Of a stretch of 64,000 nt of DNA, positions 1 through 9,504 are shown piece after piece (the stretch's first letter is position 1; the number at the start of each line of letters is the position of its first letter). The notes under the pieces were generated by a model, which saw nothing but the letters and a program-made list of their open reading frames with translations, was not told the origin of the DNA and ran no database searches. Location: NCBI GenBank assembly GCA_964567265.1, contig CAZMLK010000002.1, forward strand, positions 138,813-202,812, given 5' to 3'. This stretch comes from an uncultured Candidatus Saccharibacteria bacterium (GTDB lineage: Bacteria; Patescibacteriota; Minisyncoccia; Phycocordibacterales; UBA12088). A program made the translations under genes and the position numbers.

Positions 1-141
1 TGTGCTGAGGACATCGCGAAGCGCCTCAAGCACTCGCCAGGCTACTTGCCGGAAGGCATCCTCCTCGAGGATATCGTAAAACCGTCTCCGCATGCGGAGA
101 CGATCCTCAAGAATTTTTTGAGGACAGTCGCGAGCGATTAA
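1..141 (+). CDS. 3' end of an unidentified CDS (5' part outside window)
   Basis: Frame open from window edge to TAA at 139-141 (...EDIVKPSPHAETILKNFLRTVASD*); no motif recognised. Confidence 0.25.
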   Translation, partial: CAEDIAKRLKHSPGYLPEGILLEDIVKPSPHAETILKNFLRTVASD

Positions 142-1328
142 CGGCTCAAGACGTCGACCAGCGTTTTCGTAAGTTTTGGTGCAACGGCGGTGTTGAACGT
201 GCGCGCATAGGCAGCGAGATTGCTTTTAAGCAGGCTGTCGAGTGTGATGCCTGCGTTCTCGGAAAGATCCCGGTTCACATGCGCGAGCGTGATCGCGCGG
301 AGGTCGCGATCTTCCGTTTTTTCCGCGTCGGTGCTCGTGACGACGAGGCCGATCGCATCTCCGTTCGCATTGACCACGGTGCCGCCCGACGAGCCCTTCT
401 GCGCGATCACGGTGCCGCCGACCGACATGAGGTCGGCAGTGCCTTTCTGGAGATCGAACGTGTACATCTTCTTGACCGTCGAAATTGCCGAGGCGCTGTA
501 CAAATCTTTTTGGATCGTGATGCCTCCCAAGAATCCGGCAGGGTAGCCGGCGACGAGCACATTCGCGCCTTCGGCAGGCTCGTTGATTTCTGGATGGATG
601 AAGGGAACGGGGAAGGAGACGACGAGGTTCGGATCGGTGCGTCCTGTGATGCGGAGAAGCGCGTAATCATGCTCGCCGGTGCCGGTCGGATTCTGCTCGA
701 TGAGCGTCTCCTTGTTGTTCGCGATCCACTCCGGCGAGATGTACAGGAGCTCGAGCGTGTACATGTTGCGCGCGGGGCTGCCGGTCCGCGCCACGCACTC
801 GACGTAATTCGGCATGCCGTAATCCTTGAGGAGGAGATACTGGGCGACGTGCGCATTCGTGAGGATCACGCCCTCCGGGCCTATGACGAGTCCGCTCCCA
901 GAAATGGGATTCAGTGACCCGCCGCTTTTCGTCGTGCAGAGGATGTTCACGATGGCGTTCCGGACGGATGCGTTCACGTTCGTAAACGATGACGGGACAG
1001 GAGCGGTTTGAATCGGCGGCAGGAACGGTACCGTGATGGTCGTTGTTTCGGCCGGTTTTGTTTCCGTCTTTGGTTTTGTCTCTGGAAGCGCTTTTGGAAT
1101 CGGTGTCGCTTTCGTGACCTTCTTCGGAGTCGTCGTTGCTCGAATGGTCGATGACGCCACCTCCCCCACTCTTTCAGTGAGAGCGGTCACGATTGTGCTC
1201 GTTCCGGTCTGTGAAGTGCTCGTGGCCATGTTCTCGATCGGAGCCATCGGCCCAAACAAGACCATGGTCAGGGTTGTTACGACTGCCGTGAACGATGCAA
1301 GAAGTTGTAAGAGGAACGACGTAAACAT
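138..1328 (-). CDS. Membrane-anchored trypsin-like (S1/HtrA-like) serine protease, no PDZ domain seen
   Basis: 396-aa ORF; N-terminal hydrophobic anchor, Thr/Pro/Lys-rich linker, catalytic motifs LTNAHV (His), DYALLRI (Asp), KGSSGGTVV (Ser). Confidence 0.8.
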   Translation of the reverse strand: MFTSFLLQLLASFTAVVTTLTMVLFGPMAPIENMATSTSQTGTSTIVTALTERVGEVASSTIRATTTPKKVTKATPIPKALPETKPKTETKPAETTTITVPFLPPIQTAPVPSSFTNVNASVRNAIVNILCTTKSGGSLNPISGSGLVIGPEGVILTNAHVAQYLLLKDYGMPNYVECVARTGSPARNMYTLELLYISPEWIANNKETLIEQNPTGTGEHDYALLRITGRTDPNLVVSFPVPFIHPEINEPAEGANVLVAGYPAGFLGGITIQKDLYSASAISTVKKMYTFDLQKGTADLMSVGGTVIAQKGSSGGTVVNANGDAIGLVVTSTDAEKTEDRDLRAITLAHVNRDLSENAGITLDSLLKSNLAAYARTFNTAVAPKLTKTLVDVLSR

Positions 1329-1470
1329 GGACCCAGTATACCAAAGCCGGCGGGTTGCTTCCGCTTGCCGGTCATCTATGGTACAAACAGTGCACCTCTA
1401 GGTCGGAGGAGGGGTCCCTATTCGCCCGCTGTGCCCGAGCTTGTTCGGGACAGTTCTAACCACACACACC

Positions 1471-1608
1471 ATGTCTGATGTCACCACCACTCCTGCGGAT
1501 GTTGCCGCAGAGGAAGTAGCAGTCGCCCCTGAGGCGGAAGTTGCTGCTGAGGTTGAAGCGGAGGCCCCTGAGGCTGTCGTTGCCGAGGAGGCACCGGCTG
1601 CTGAGTAA
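1471..1608 (+). CDS. Candidate 45-aa hyper-acidic Ala/Glu/Val-rich small protein
   Basis: ATG 1471 to TAA 1606-1608 (MSDVTTTPADVAAEEVAVAPEAEVAAEVEAEAPEAVVAEEAPAAE); below ORF-track cutoff; possible promoter TTGCTT-N16-TATGGT upstream; strong terminator directly downstream. Confidence 0.3.
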   Translation: MSDVTTTPADVAAEEVAVAPEAEVAAEVEAEAPEAVVAEEAPAAE

Positions 1609-1622
1609 GCCGACCGACACTC

Positions 1623-1664
1623 AAAACGGAAGCGCCCCGCGATTTCGCGGGGCGCTTCCGTTTT
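1623..1664 (+). terminator. Intrinsic terminator
   Basis: 15-bp GC-rich stem CGGAAGCGCCCCGCG/CGCGGGGCGCTTCCG with ATTT loop followed by TTTT; flanked by A-run. Confidence 0.7.
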
Positions 1665-1713
1665 GGTCAGATTTTGCTAGGATAGCAAAGCGGTCGGGCA
1701 GAGACCCCAATTC

Positions 1714-1784
1714 GCGGGATTAGTTTAATGGTAGAACATCAGTTTTCCAAACTGAGAGCAGGAGTTCGATTCTCCTATCCCGCA
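1714..1784 (+). tRNA. tRNA-Gly (anticodon UCC)
   Basis: 71-nt cloverleaf folded by hand: acceptor GCGGGAT/ATCCCGC, D stem GTTT/GAAC, anticodon stem TCAGT/ACTGA with loop TTTCCAA, T arm AGGAG-TTCGATT-CTCCT, discriminator A; CCA not encoded. Confidence 0.9.
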
Positions 1785-1839
1785 CAGAAAGAGCGAAGCG
1801 ATTGAGGGGCAGGATAGGGAGCCGCCTTCGCGCCTCCCG

Positions 1840-1850
1840 TAGGAGAATCG
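1840..1850 (-). repeat. Inverted copy of the tRNA-Gly T-arm 3' segment
   Basis: TAGGAGAATCG is the reverse complement of CGATTCTCCTA at 1767-1777. Confidence 0.6.
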
Positions 1851-1970
1851 AAGACCTTTTCGATGCTTCTGAGCGACTCTGTCGCGAGGAAACCGAAAAG
1901 GTGTACTGGTCCTGTAAGGACCGATCGGGCAGAGCGTTTCAAGCAAGACAAAATGTTTAGCACCTGTGAC

Positions 1971-1982
1971 CGATTCTCCTAT
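1971..1982 (+). repeat. Direct repeat of the tRNA-Gly T-arm 3' segment (possible att remnant)
   Basis: CGATTCTCCTAT identical to 1767-1778 inside the tRNA, 204 bp downstream. Confidence 0.6.
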
Positions 1983-2034
1983 TTCTGGTATGCAGTACCA
2001 TATATAAACACCTGTAACGTTATTCCTGTTTACA

Positions 2035-2075
2035 CAAAGCCGCCGGTCGCGAAGCGACCGGCGGCTTTGCTTTGT
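2035..2075. terminator. Bidirectional intrinsic terminator
   Basis: AAAGCCGCCGGTCGC-GAA-GCGACCGGCGGCTTT hairpin with A-run before and T-rich run after; sits after stop of the minus-strand ORF at 2087. Confidence 0.6.
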
Positions 2076-2086
2076 ACCCCACCTAT

Positions 2087-2377
2087 CTACACTCCCTTTC
2101 CTCCGTCACCTTCAGTCGCAGGCCGGACCTGGATGGGACTCGGCACGCCGTCCGACGGAAGCTCCGTTTCGAGGACGCCGTGTCGTTCCTCATACTCTTT
2201 CATGTTTTTCTGGAGCAAGAGGAGGAACCGCTTCGCATGTTTCGGTGACAAGATGTAGGGCGCGATGTGGTCGCCCGAACGGAGGACGAAATAGACTTCC
2301 TCGCCGGATGGTGGCAAGAGAAGTGCGATGTTGTCGCAGTAGATCCGTTCAGGTTCCATATGTTTTTCTGGCGGCAT
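2087..2377 (-). CDS. Small hypothetical protein, DUF3467-like by recollection
   Basis: ORF 2087-2434; start placed at internal Met (MPPEKHMEPERIY...); block SPKHAKRFLLLLQKNMKEYEERHG resembles DUF3467 family; start uncertain. Confidence 0.4.
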   Translation of the reverse strand: MPPEKHMEPERIYCDNIALLLPPSGEEVYFVLRSGDHIAPYILSPKHAKRFLLLLQKNMKEYEERHGVLETELPSDGVPSPIQVRPATEGDGGKGV

Positions 2378-2488
2378 GCTGTGTGTGCTTATCGAATACC
2401 TGTTCTGTATGCGCCCATTTTGAAACGATGTCAACGGAGGATTCGTATGCTAGGATACCCCCAGCCATAGAAAGAAAGGAGTCACCCT

Positions 2489-3172
2489 ATGAGTACGGCC
2501 GAAAGACAGACCGCGTTGATTGTAGGAGGTACTTCCGGCATAGGTTTCGAGCTCGCCTTGAAGCTCGTCGGAACTCACGATGTCATCGTGACGGGACGTC
2601 ATAACCCAAACCGGCAGGATCTCGAATATCTCCCTCTGAATCTGGATGGACTGCAGGTGAATGCAGACATTGCAAAAGTCTGTGCCACTCTTCCGAAGAT
2701 AGACTGTTTCATATATGCCGCTGGGTATCAGCAACCTCAGACAATTGCCGGACTTACAGAGCGAGACATTGATTCGATGACGAGCGTCGGCTTCACCGCC
2801 TGCGCAAAAATTATTGCACGGATACTACGCGAGCAGGACCACTTGCCGGGGCTCATACTGATCAGTTCTTCTGCACAGTGGAAGCCGCTCGAGCGACATA
2901 TTCTGTATCGGGTCACGAAGCATGCGCTCGGGTATCTTGGTGAGTGCCTCTCACTCGATCCCGCTATCAGCAAGGTCCTGGTGTTCGGACCTGGTGGGGT
3001 GAACGGTACGGGATTCCGCAAAGACCACGTACCTGGATACATGGACGCGTCGGTAGTGGCAGATGCAATACTATATGCGTTCAATGAGGACATCCCCGGT
3101 GCTCCATTCAAGTACCGTGAAGTAGAGATGCCCCATGATACCGGCATTCCGCGCACACATCAGTGCCGTTAA
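2489..3172 (+). CDS. Short-chain dehydrogenase/reductase (SDR) family oxidoreductase
   Basis: 227 aa; Rossmann motif VGGTSGIGFELA, catalytic YRVTK (YxxxK); AGGAG Shine-Dalgarno 8 nt upstream. Confidence 0.85.
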   Translation: MSTAERQTALIVGGTSGIGFELALKLVGTHDVIVTGRHNPNRQDLEYLPLNLDGLQVNADIAKVCATLPKIDCFIYAAGYQQPQTIAGLTERDIDSMTSVGFTACAKIIARILREQDHLPGLILISSSAQWKPLERHILYRVTKHALGYLGECLSLDPAISKVLVFGPGGVNGTGFRKDHVPGYMDASVVADAILYAFNEDIPGAPFKYREVEMPHDTGIPRTHQCR

Positions 3173-3259
3173 GATCTCGCGCACACCTCTCTCTGGGCAA
3201 CCAGCGAGAGGTGCTTTTTTGATACTCGCCAAAATTTTTGGGAAGCGTAGACTGAATGC

Positions 3260-4429
3260 ATGCAACCGCTCGCTGCAAAGATCAGGCCGGAATCACTCGA
3301 CGACTATGTAGGGCAGGATCATTTGGTCGGGGCAGGGAAGCCGCTCCGGATCGCGATCGAGAACCAGCACCGCTTCTCATTCATCCTGTGGGGCCCGCCC
3401 GGTTCCGGAAAGACGACGCTCGCGCGCATCTATGCACGTGCGCTTGATGCACACCTCCATGAGCTCTCTGCTGTCTCTGCCGGCAAGGAAGATATCCGTC
3501 AGCTCTTGAAAGAAGATACGGGCGGCAAGCCGCGCGTGCTTTTCCTCGATGAGATCCATCGGTTCAATAAAGCGCAGCAGGATTTTCTCTTGCCGTATGT
3601 CGAGTCGGGCGAGATCACCTTGATCGGCGCAACGACCGAGAATCCGAGTTTTGAAATCATCCCTGCGCTCCTTTCGCGGGCGCGCGTGTTCGTGCTCTAC
3701 GCGGTCTCGCCGGACGGCATGCGCCGCATACTGCATCGTGCCGGATACGACATCCCCGACGAAGCGCTCGACTGGCTCGTGGAGATGGCGAATGGTGATG
3801 CGCGCGCCGCGCTCTCCGTTCTTGGAAATGCGAAGGAGCTCTACGGCGACATCACGCTGTCGTCGCTGAAGGAATCGCTGCAGTCCACCTTCCTCCGGTA
3901 CGACAAGAAGGGTGAGGAACACTACGATACCGTGAGCGCGTTCATAAAAAGCATGCGCGCCTCGCAACCCGACGCCGCGCTCTACTATCTGTCGCGCATG
4001 CTCCAGGGCGGCGAGGACCCGAAGTTCATCGCGAGGCGCATGGTCATCTTCGCGTCCGAAGACATCGGGCTCGCCCAGCCGACCGCACTCGTCGTCGCAA
4101 ACGAAGTCTTCCGCGCGTGCGAGATCATCGGCCTTCCGGAATGTGCGATCAATCTCGCGCACGGCGTCGCGTATCTCGCGCTCGCCAAGAAGGACCGGTC
4201 GGCATACGATGCGCTCCGCGAAGCGGAAGCAGATGCGAAGAAGCACGGCAATCTCCCGATTCCGCTTCCGCTCAGGAATGCGCCGACCAAGCTCATGAAA
4301 GACCTCAAGTATGGAAAGGGGTACGAGATGTACAGTGCCGAATCATTCCTGCCTGAAAAATTAAAAGGAAAGAAATATCTGAAGGACGGCGTTCCGAAAT
4401 CAAAGAAGAAGCCGGATGCTGACATATGA
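3260..4429 (+). CDS. rarA: Replication-associated recombination protein A (AAA+ ATPase RarA/MgsA)
   Basis: 389 aa; Walker [10 protein letters not shown], Walker [12 protein letters not shown], MgsA C-terminal block [27 protein letters not shown]; TAGACT -10 ends 6 nt before ATG. Confidence 0.9.
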   Translation: MQPLAAKIRPESLDDYVGQDHLVGAGKPLRIAIENQHRFSFILWGPPGSGKTTLARIYARALDAHLHELSAVSAGKEDIRQLLKEDTGGKPRVLFLDEIHRFNKAQQDFLLPYVESGEITLIGATTENPSFEIIPALLSRARVFVLYAVSPDGMRRILHRAGYDIPDEALDWLVEMANGDARAALSVLGNAKELYGDITLSSLKESLQSTFLRYDKKGEEHYDTVSAFIKSMRASQPDAALYYLSRMLQGGEDPKFIARRMVIFASEDIGLAQPTALVVANEVFRACEIIGLPECAINLAHGVAYLALAKKDRSAYDALREAEADAKKHGNLPIPLPLRNAPTKLMKDLKYGKGYEMYSAESFLPEKLKGKKYLKDGVPKSKKKPDADI

Positions 4430-4480
4430 ACAAGCGGCCCGCCTGGAAGGCGGGCCGCTTGTTTCGAAAAGAGATGGATG

Positions 4481-4753
4481 CTATTTGACAGCGTCCTTGA
4501 GGGCCTTTGCAGCGCGGAACTTCGGTACGCGCATCGAGGGAACCTTGATGGATTCACCGGTGCGCGGATTGCGGCCGGTGCGTGCCGGACGGACCTTCGT
4601 TGAGAAGATGCCGAGTCCTGCGATCGAGACTTCGTCGCCTGCCTTCAGGGTCTTCACGATTGATTCGATGACCATTTCGACTGCGCGCTCAGCATCCGCT
4701 TTCGTGGTGCCGATGACGCCCTGTACTTTTTCTGCGAGATCTTGTTTGTTCAT
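4481..4753 (-). CDS. hup: HU family DNA-binding protein
   Basis: 90 aa; MNKQDLAEKV...GLGIFSTKVRPARTGRNPRTGESIKVP, classic HU arm. Confidence 0.9.
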   Translation of the reverse strand: MNKQDLAEKVQGVIGTTKADAERAVEMVIESIVKTLKAGDEVSIAGLGIFSTKVRPARTGRNPRTGESIKVPSMRVPKFRAAKALKDAVK

Positions 4754-4983
4754 TGCATTTTTCTTAAAAAAGAATAAACCGTCGACCCAACCTGCACTCT
4801 TCTTGGCGGTGTGCCGGTACGGGGTGCCTTGAGGCAGTGCCCGACCCTAAAAGAATTATATAGTAGGCCATTTTTCACGCAATACATAGCCGTTTGCCGG
4901 GAAATTCATACTGCGCCTGTCAAATCGGAGCCGGCATAGCGGCGCTTGTGCCCCCTTTGACTCTCAAGGTATGCTTATTTCCT

Positions 4984-5541
4984 ATGAAACTTGGAATCTC
5001 AGGGGCAAAAGGCAGTTTTTCAGAGGAGGCGGCTGGTGAATACTGTAGAAAAGAAGGGATCGGGGACGCAGAGATCCAATACCTGGTGAGTGTCGAGAAT
5101 GTGCTCGAATCGGTAGAAAATGGCTCTATAGAGCTGGGAATTTTCCCTATCGAGAACTCGAACGGGGGCATCGTCATCGAAGCAGTCTACGCCATGGCCA
5201 AACACCGCTTCTCAGTCCTCAAGATGTTCGAGATCGACGTCCACCACATGCTCCTTGCGCTTCCGGGTACCAATCCCGACCAGATCACCCTCATTACTTC
5301 CCACGATCAGGCCTTGAAGCAGTGCCGGATGTACTTGAAACGGAAATGGCCGAGTGTGGATATCCAACCCTATCCGGACACCGCGAAGGCCGCAAAAGAC
5401 CTTTCCGAAGGAAATCTGCCGAAAACGGCCGCGGTCATCGCCCCCAAGTCTTGCGCTGCACTCTACAAACTCGACATTCTTGAAGAAAGCATCCAGGATC
5501 TCAAATTCAACTTCACGACGTTCGTCGCGGCGGCTAAATAG
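4984..5541 (+). CDS. Prephenate dehydratase-like protein (PDT domain only, no ACT domain)
   Basis: Start set at MKLGISGAKGSFSEEAA, typical PDT N-terminus; about 185 aa; ends before any regulatory ACT domain. Confidence 0.5.
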   Translation: MKLGISGAKGSFSEEAAGEYCRKEGIGDAEIQYLVSVENVLESVENGSIELGIFPIENSNGGIVIEAVYAMAKHRFSVLKMFEIDVHHMLLALPGTNPDQITLITSHDQALKQCRMYLKRKWPSVDIQPYPDTAKAAKDLSEGNLPKTAAVIAPKSCAALYKLDILEESIQDLKFNFTTFVAAAK

Positions 5542-5587
5542 TGTGTGTTTCTCATAAAAAAGTCGCGGGCGCCCAGGGCGCCCGCTT

Positions 5588-6037
5588 CTACTTTTTCGTC
5601 TTGTTGAACCTGAGAGTAGTTGGCGTCATTCTGCCTCTGACGTAGATGTCCATCTCTGCGTACTCTAAAACATGAGGGTCAGCGTTCGTCATATCCATGT
5701 GGATCGCGCACATGCGTGTGAATATCCCAGTCTCCTCGAGGTGTGTGATCACGATCACGTGGGGAAGTGGGAGCACCTTCTCTCGAAATAGGACTGTCGA
5801 TTCAGCCCAATTTGTGTCTATACGCCAGAGTTTGCGTATGTCCAACCCCCCAAAGACCCTGGAAACGATTTCGGCGGTCTCAATACCGCGACCCCATTCG
5901 GAGCAGATGATGACCGGATTTGTTTCGAGAAAGAATCGACGTGCGAATCGTGCTGAAAACAGTATCTCGTTCCTGCCGTATGGAGTGACCGCGTCATCCC
6001 AGTCCTGACCATGCCGCAGGATAGCAGCGATTTCCAT
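5588..6037 (-). CDS. Histidine phosphatase superfamily protein (SixA/PGAM-like)
   Basis: Start set at MEIAAILRHGQ (RHG catalytic motif); later VIVITHLE His; short, about 149 aa. Confidence 0.45.
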   Translation of the reverse strand: MEIAAILRHGQDWDDAVTPYGRNEILFSARFARRFFLETNPVIICSEWGRGIETAEIVSRVFGGLDIRKLWRIDTNWAESTVLFREKVLPLPHVIVITHLEETGIFTRMCAIHMDMTNADPHVLEYAEMDIYVRGRMTPTTLRFNKTKK

Positions 6038-6154
6038 GTGCCTGTCCTCCTTGGTGCTCGGACAAAGATGCCATTTCATGCGAAGGAAGTCAATTCATTG
6101 ACAACATACAAAGCCCCGCCAGCGCAAAGCGCTGGCGGGGCTTTGGTACGGTCA

Positions 6155-7684
6155 CTATCTTGCCATCTCGAGCACGCGCTGTTCGCGGATGACCAAGACG
6201 CGGATTTCTCCTGGGTATTTGAGCTCCTGTTCAATCTTGAGCGCGATATTGCGCGCGAGATCGCGTGCTTCAAGGTCAGAGATCGCATCAGGACGTACAA
6301 ACACGCGGATTTCGCGGCCCGCCTGGATCGCATACGCTTTATCGATCCCATTGAATGAGTTCGCGATCGCTTCGAGGTCAGCAAGGCGCTTGATGTAGTT
6401 CTCGACGGAATCGCGGCGCGCGCCCGGGCGCCCGCCCGAAATCGCGTCCGCAACCTGCACGATCACCGATTCGATGGTGTCATACGGATATTCCTCGTGA
6501 TGGGCGCGCATCGCGTGGATGATGGCCTCGCTCGCGCCGAATTTCTGGAGGATGCGGATGCCGATCTCGACATGCGAGCCCTGGACCTCATGGTCGACCG
6601 CCTTCCCGAGATCATGGACGAGCGCGCCTGCCCGCGCGACCGCTGGGTCAGCGCCGAGCTCTGAGGCCAGCATGCCTGAGATGTGCGCCATTTCAACCGA
6701 GTGCTGGAGGACATTCTGGCCGTAGCTGGTACGGAAGTAGAGGCGGCCGAGGACCGCGAGAATGCGCGGGTCGAGGTTGAGGACTCCGGCTTCGTACGCT
6801 GCCTGCTCGCCTTTTTCCTTGATAATGCGGCCAATCTCTTCTTCAGCTTTCCGTACCATCTCCTCGATCTTCGCAGGCTGGATGCGTCCATCGAGTATGA
6901 GGTTCTCGAGCGCGATCCGCGCGATCTGCCGGCGGACCGGGTCGAAGGATGAAAGGGTGATGGTACCTGGGGTATCGTCGATGATGACTTCGACGCCGGT
7001 CGCACGCTCGAAGGCCTTGATGTTGCGGCCCTCCTTGCCGATGATCTTTCCCTTGATCTCATCGTTCGGGATGGTGATGGTGGTCGTGAGCACGTCCGAA
7101 TTCACTGAATTCCCGAGCCGGTGGATGATCGAGGTCAGGATTTCCTGCGCCTTCTTTTCCAACTTCTCCCGTCCGACGCCTTCGAGCTTGCGCATGCGGA
7201 TGCCGAGGTCTTCCTCTTCCTCGCGCTCGATGCGCTTCATGAGCTCGTTCTTCGCTTCTTCGGTCGTGAGCTTCGCAACGCGCTCAAGTGCTGCATGCTG
7301 CTCCTCTTCCGCCTTCGCGATCTTCTCGCGGATGACCTTGATCTCCTCGATCTTCGATTTCACATGCTCGACTTCGCGCGTCACATCATTCTGGCGCTGC
7401 TCGAGGGTCTCCTCCTTCTTGATGAGGCGCTGCTCGCTCTTCTTGATCTCGTCTTCCTTTTCTTTCAATTCCGCGAGCTTCGCCTTCGCGGCGATCTCGC
7501 CCTTCCGCTCGCCTTCGTCGGTCAGCCGCTTCGCCTCCTCCTTGGCTTCGAGCATCATCTTCTTGATCTCGAGCTCGACCGAACCCTTCTTCCCGAGGGA
7601 GACGATCAGGCGGAGGAAGTAGCCGAACCCTATGCCGAAGAGGCCAGCGAGGCCGAGGAGCATCAGTATTAATTTTAGGGACAT
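6155..7684 (-). CDS. rny: Ribonuclease Y
   Basis: 509 aa; N-terminal TM helix, long Glu/Lys coiled coil, KH domain (GKIIGKEGRNIK), HD domain (LVHDLGKA). Confidence 0.9.
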   Translation of the reverse strand: MSLKLILMLLGLAGLFGIGFGYFLRLIVSLGKKGSVELEIKKMMLEAKEEAKRLTDEGERKGEIAAKAKLAELKEKEDEIKKSEQRLIKKEETLEQRQNDVTREVEHVKSKIEEIKVIREKIAKAEEEQHAALERVAKLTTEEAKNELMKRIEREEEEDLGIRMRKLEGVGREKLEKKAQEILTSIIHRLGNSVNSDVLTTTITIPNDEIKGKIIGKEGRNIKAFERATGVEVIIDDTPGTITLSSFDPVRRQIARIALENLILDGRIQPAKIEEMVRKAEEEIGRIIKEKGEQAAYEAGVLNLDPRILAVLGRLYFRTSYGQNVLQHSVEMAHISGMLASELGADPAVARAGALVHDLGKAVDHEVQGSHVEIGIRILQKFGASEAIIHAMRAHHEEYPYDTIESVIVQVADAISGGRPGARRDSVENYIKRLADLEAIANSFNGIDKAYAIQAGREIRVFVRPDAISDLEARDLARNIALKIEQELKYPGEIRVLVIREQRVLEMAR

Positions 7685-8019
7685 AGTGCGTCAGAACTTG
7701 CCGACACAGAGCATCCACTTTCAAACGTATCGCAAAATTTCCACGCGCGGTGAAGCAAGAAAAACCATATGTGGAGCGTTCATTTGAAGCATAGGCTAGA
7801 GGTAAGCAAGTTTGAGATTACAATATTTCAAATAAGGACAGCATCCTCGTTGGCGGTCAGGAGAGAGGGAGTCCGGGTGATACCGGCCGTCCATCACTTC
7901 GTCGGAGACATCAAGGATACATTCACACTGTACCAGTTTTTCCGGCTTTTTCAACAAACCCCCGCCCATAGCCTCGAGGGCTAAGGGCGGGGGTTTCGGC
8001 GACTCCCTGAAAGGAAACC

Positions 8020-8607
8020 CTATTTCTTCGACTTGTGGATCTCGTCGATGATGCCGTATTTCTTTGCCTCGTCCGCGTCCATGAAGTAGTCACGGTCGAC
8101 GTCCTTCTCGATCTTCGAGAGCGGCTGGCCGGTAGCCTTCGAAAGCATCTTGTTGAGGCGGTCCTTGGTCTTCAGGATCTGCTTCGCGGTGATCTCGATG
8201 TCAGTCGCCTGGCCCTGCGCGCCGCCCCATGGCTGGTGGATCATGATTTCGGCGTTCGGGAGCGCGTAGCGCTTGCCCTTGGCACCGCCGGCAAGGAGGA
8301 TGGCCCCGCCTGAAGCCGCGATGCCGACGCAAACCGTCGCGACATCCGGTTTCACGTAGTTCATGGTGTCGAGCATGGCCAGGGTCGCGGTCACCGAGCC
8401 GCCCGGAGAGTTGATATAGAGGAAGATGTCTTTCTTCGCATCCTCGCTCTCAAGGAAGAGAAGTTGGGCGATCACGAGGTTGGCGGTCGTATCCTCAATC
8501 GGGCCGCCCATGAAGATGATGCGGTCGCGGAGCAGGCGGGAGTAAATGTCGTATGCGCGCTCGCCAAATGGCGACTTCTCGATGACGGTGGGTACCAGAT
8601 AGCTCAT
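8020..8607 (-). CDS. clpP: ATP-dependent Clp protease proteolytic subunit
   Basis: 195 aa; [21 protein letters not shown], active-site region [16 protein letters not shown]. Confidence 0.95.
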   Translation of the reverse strand: MSYLVPTVIEKSPFGERAYDIYSRLLRDRIIFMGGPIEDTTANLVIAQLLFLESEDAKKDIFLYINSPGGSVTATLAMLDTMNYVKPDVATVCVGIAASGGAILLAGGAKGKRYALPNAEIMIHQPWGGAQGQATDIEITAKQILKTKDRLNKMLSKATGQPLSKIEKDVDRDYFMDADEAKKYGIIDEIHKSKK

Positions 8608-8732
8608 ATATTGAATGATTAGGTGGCTAGTCGTGTCGTTCGTGTGGGCAGTGTATCAAATTCCGCTAATTTCGGGAATCCAAAAGAAGAATGCCCGGGC
8701 GCTGACGCGCCGGGGCACACATGCCGACATAT

Positions 8733-9392
8733 TTAGAATTCCGCCGTTCTCACCGAGCTCCGGGGACCAATGCTCGGAACCTCCTCGATCGTAGAGTACA
8801 GACAATCGATGCGGCGGATTACTTCCGCAGTGCCGACTGCCCACTGGTGAGTGACCCACCCGTCTCCTTCCCAAATCTGCATATTGCTTCCGAAGAAAGT
8901 GGGGAGGATGCGCATGTACAAAAGTGGGAGACGAGCATGATCGTGCTCTTCAGCGTACGGATTCCGCGTCCGTAGATCAAGGAAGACCACGATGCCTTCG
9001 GCGACCACCCACTTTCCGTCCACGCGCGTGTGGACCGGAGAACCCTCGATTTCCCAGGACACCGTTTGCCCGCGCTGCCTTATGCGCACGCTTGCTCGCC
9101 GCTCGAGGTTGTCGAGCGAGGCTAAGAGCGTTCCTTTGAGAATTTCAGCAGACCGGGTGGCGGTTCTCTTGAGAAGCCAGAATTTGAACCGATTTTGTAC
9201 CTGCTGTATGCCTCCGAATCGTATAGCCGCACCAATGGCCGTGGAAAATATCCCGAGAAAAAAAGCATAGTACGAGAATATGCCCCCTCCGTAGCCGATT
9301 CCGTCCCGATAGAGGGGAAAGCCGAGCAGCACGGCACCAAGAAATAAGGGTCCATAGCCAAAATCTCGTGTTTGCATCGGAAAGTCCTCCAA
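8733..9392 (-). CDS. Hypothetical 2-TM membrane protein (paralog of 12646-13326)
   Basis: Two N-terminal hydrophobic helices; shares KRTA...L..L....E(R/K)R and C-terminal IW(E/D)G..W...(L/I)(Y)..(I/L) blocks with the 226-aa ORF at 12646. Confidence 0.4.
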   Translation of the reverse strand: MEDFPMQTRDFGYGPLFLGAVLLGFPLYRDGIGYGGGIFSYYAFFLGIFSTAIGAAIRFGGIQQVQNRFKFWLLKRTATRSAEILKGTLLASLDNLERRASVRIRQRGQTVSWEIEGSPVHTRVDGKWVVAEGIVVFLDLRTRNPYAEEHDHARLPLLYMRILPTFFGSNMQIWEGDGWVTHQWAVGTAEVIRRIDCLYSTIEEVPSIGPRSSVRTAEF

Positions 9393-9473
9393 CCACCGCC
9401 CCCAATAGCGGGGCCGATATCTGGTCTGAGGTGACTATACCTTCAGCGCCATTAATTTCAATAGGCAAGCTAC

Positions 9474-9504
9474 TTGACTCTGACGTTGCGTGATAGTTTA
9501 TGCT
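9474..9504 (+). promoter_or_regulatory. Candidate MerR-type promoter with 19-nt spacer
   Basis: TTGACT (9474-9479), 19-nt spacer, TATGCT (9499-9504), about 57 nt upstream of the MerR-family gene. Confidence 0.35.

Noticed and set aside
6762-7622. 286-aa plus-strand ORF, plus other ORFs overlapping rny
   Set aside because: It is antisense to or out of frame with RNase Y, whose TM, KH and HD domains are unambiguous.
7685-8019. 335-nt clpP-rny spacer, including the 71-aa plus-strand ORF 7769-7984, considered for an ncRNA or small gene
   Set aside because: The ORF has atypical composition and no start context. The spacer shows a clpP terminator hairpin and AT-rich promoter-like DNA but no convincing conserved RNA motif.
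9375-9392. GGAAAGTCC, reminiscent of the RNase P RNA CR-I box
   Set aside because: It is only a 9-nt match, lies inside the 5' end of a coding ORF, and no other RNase P conserved regions are nearby.
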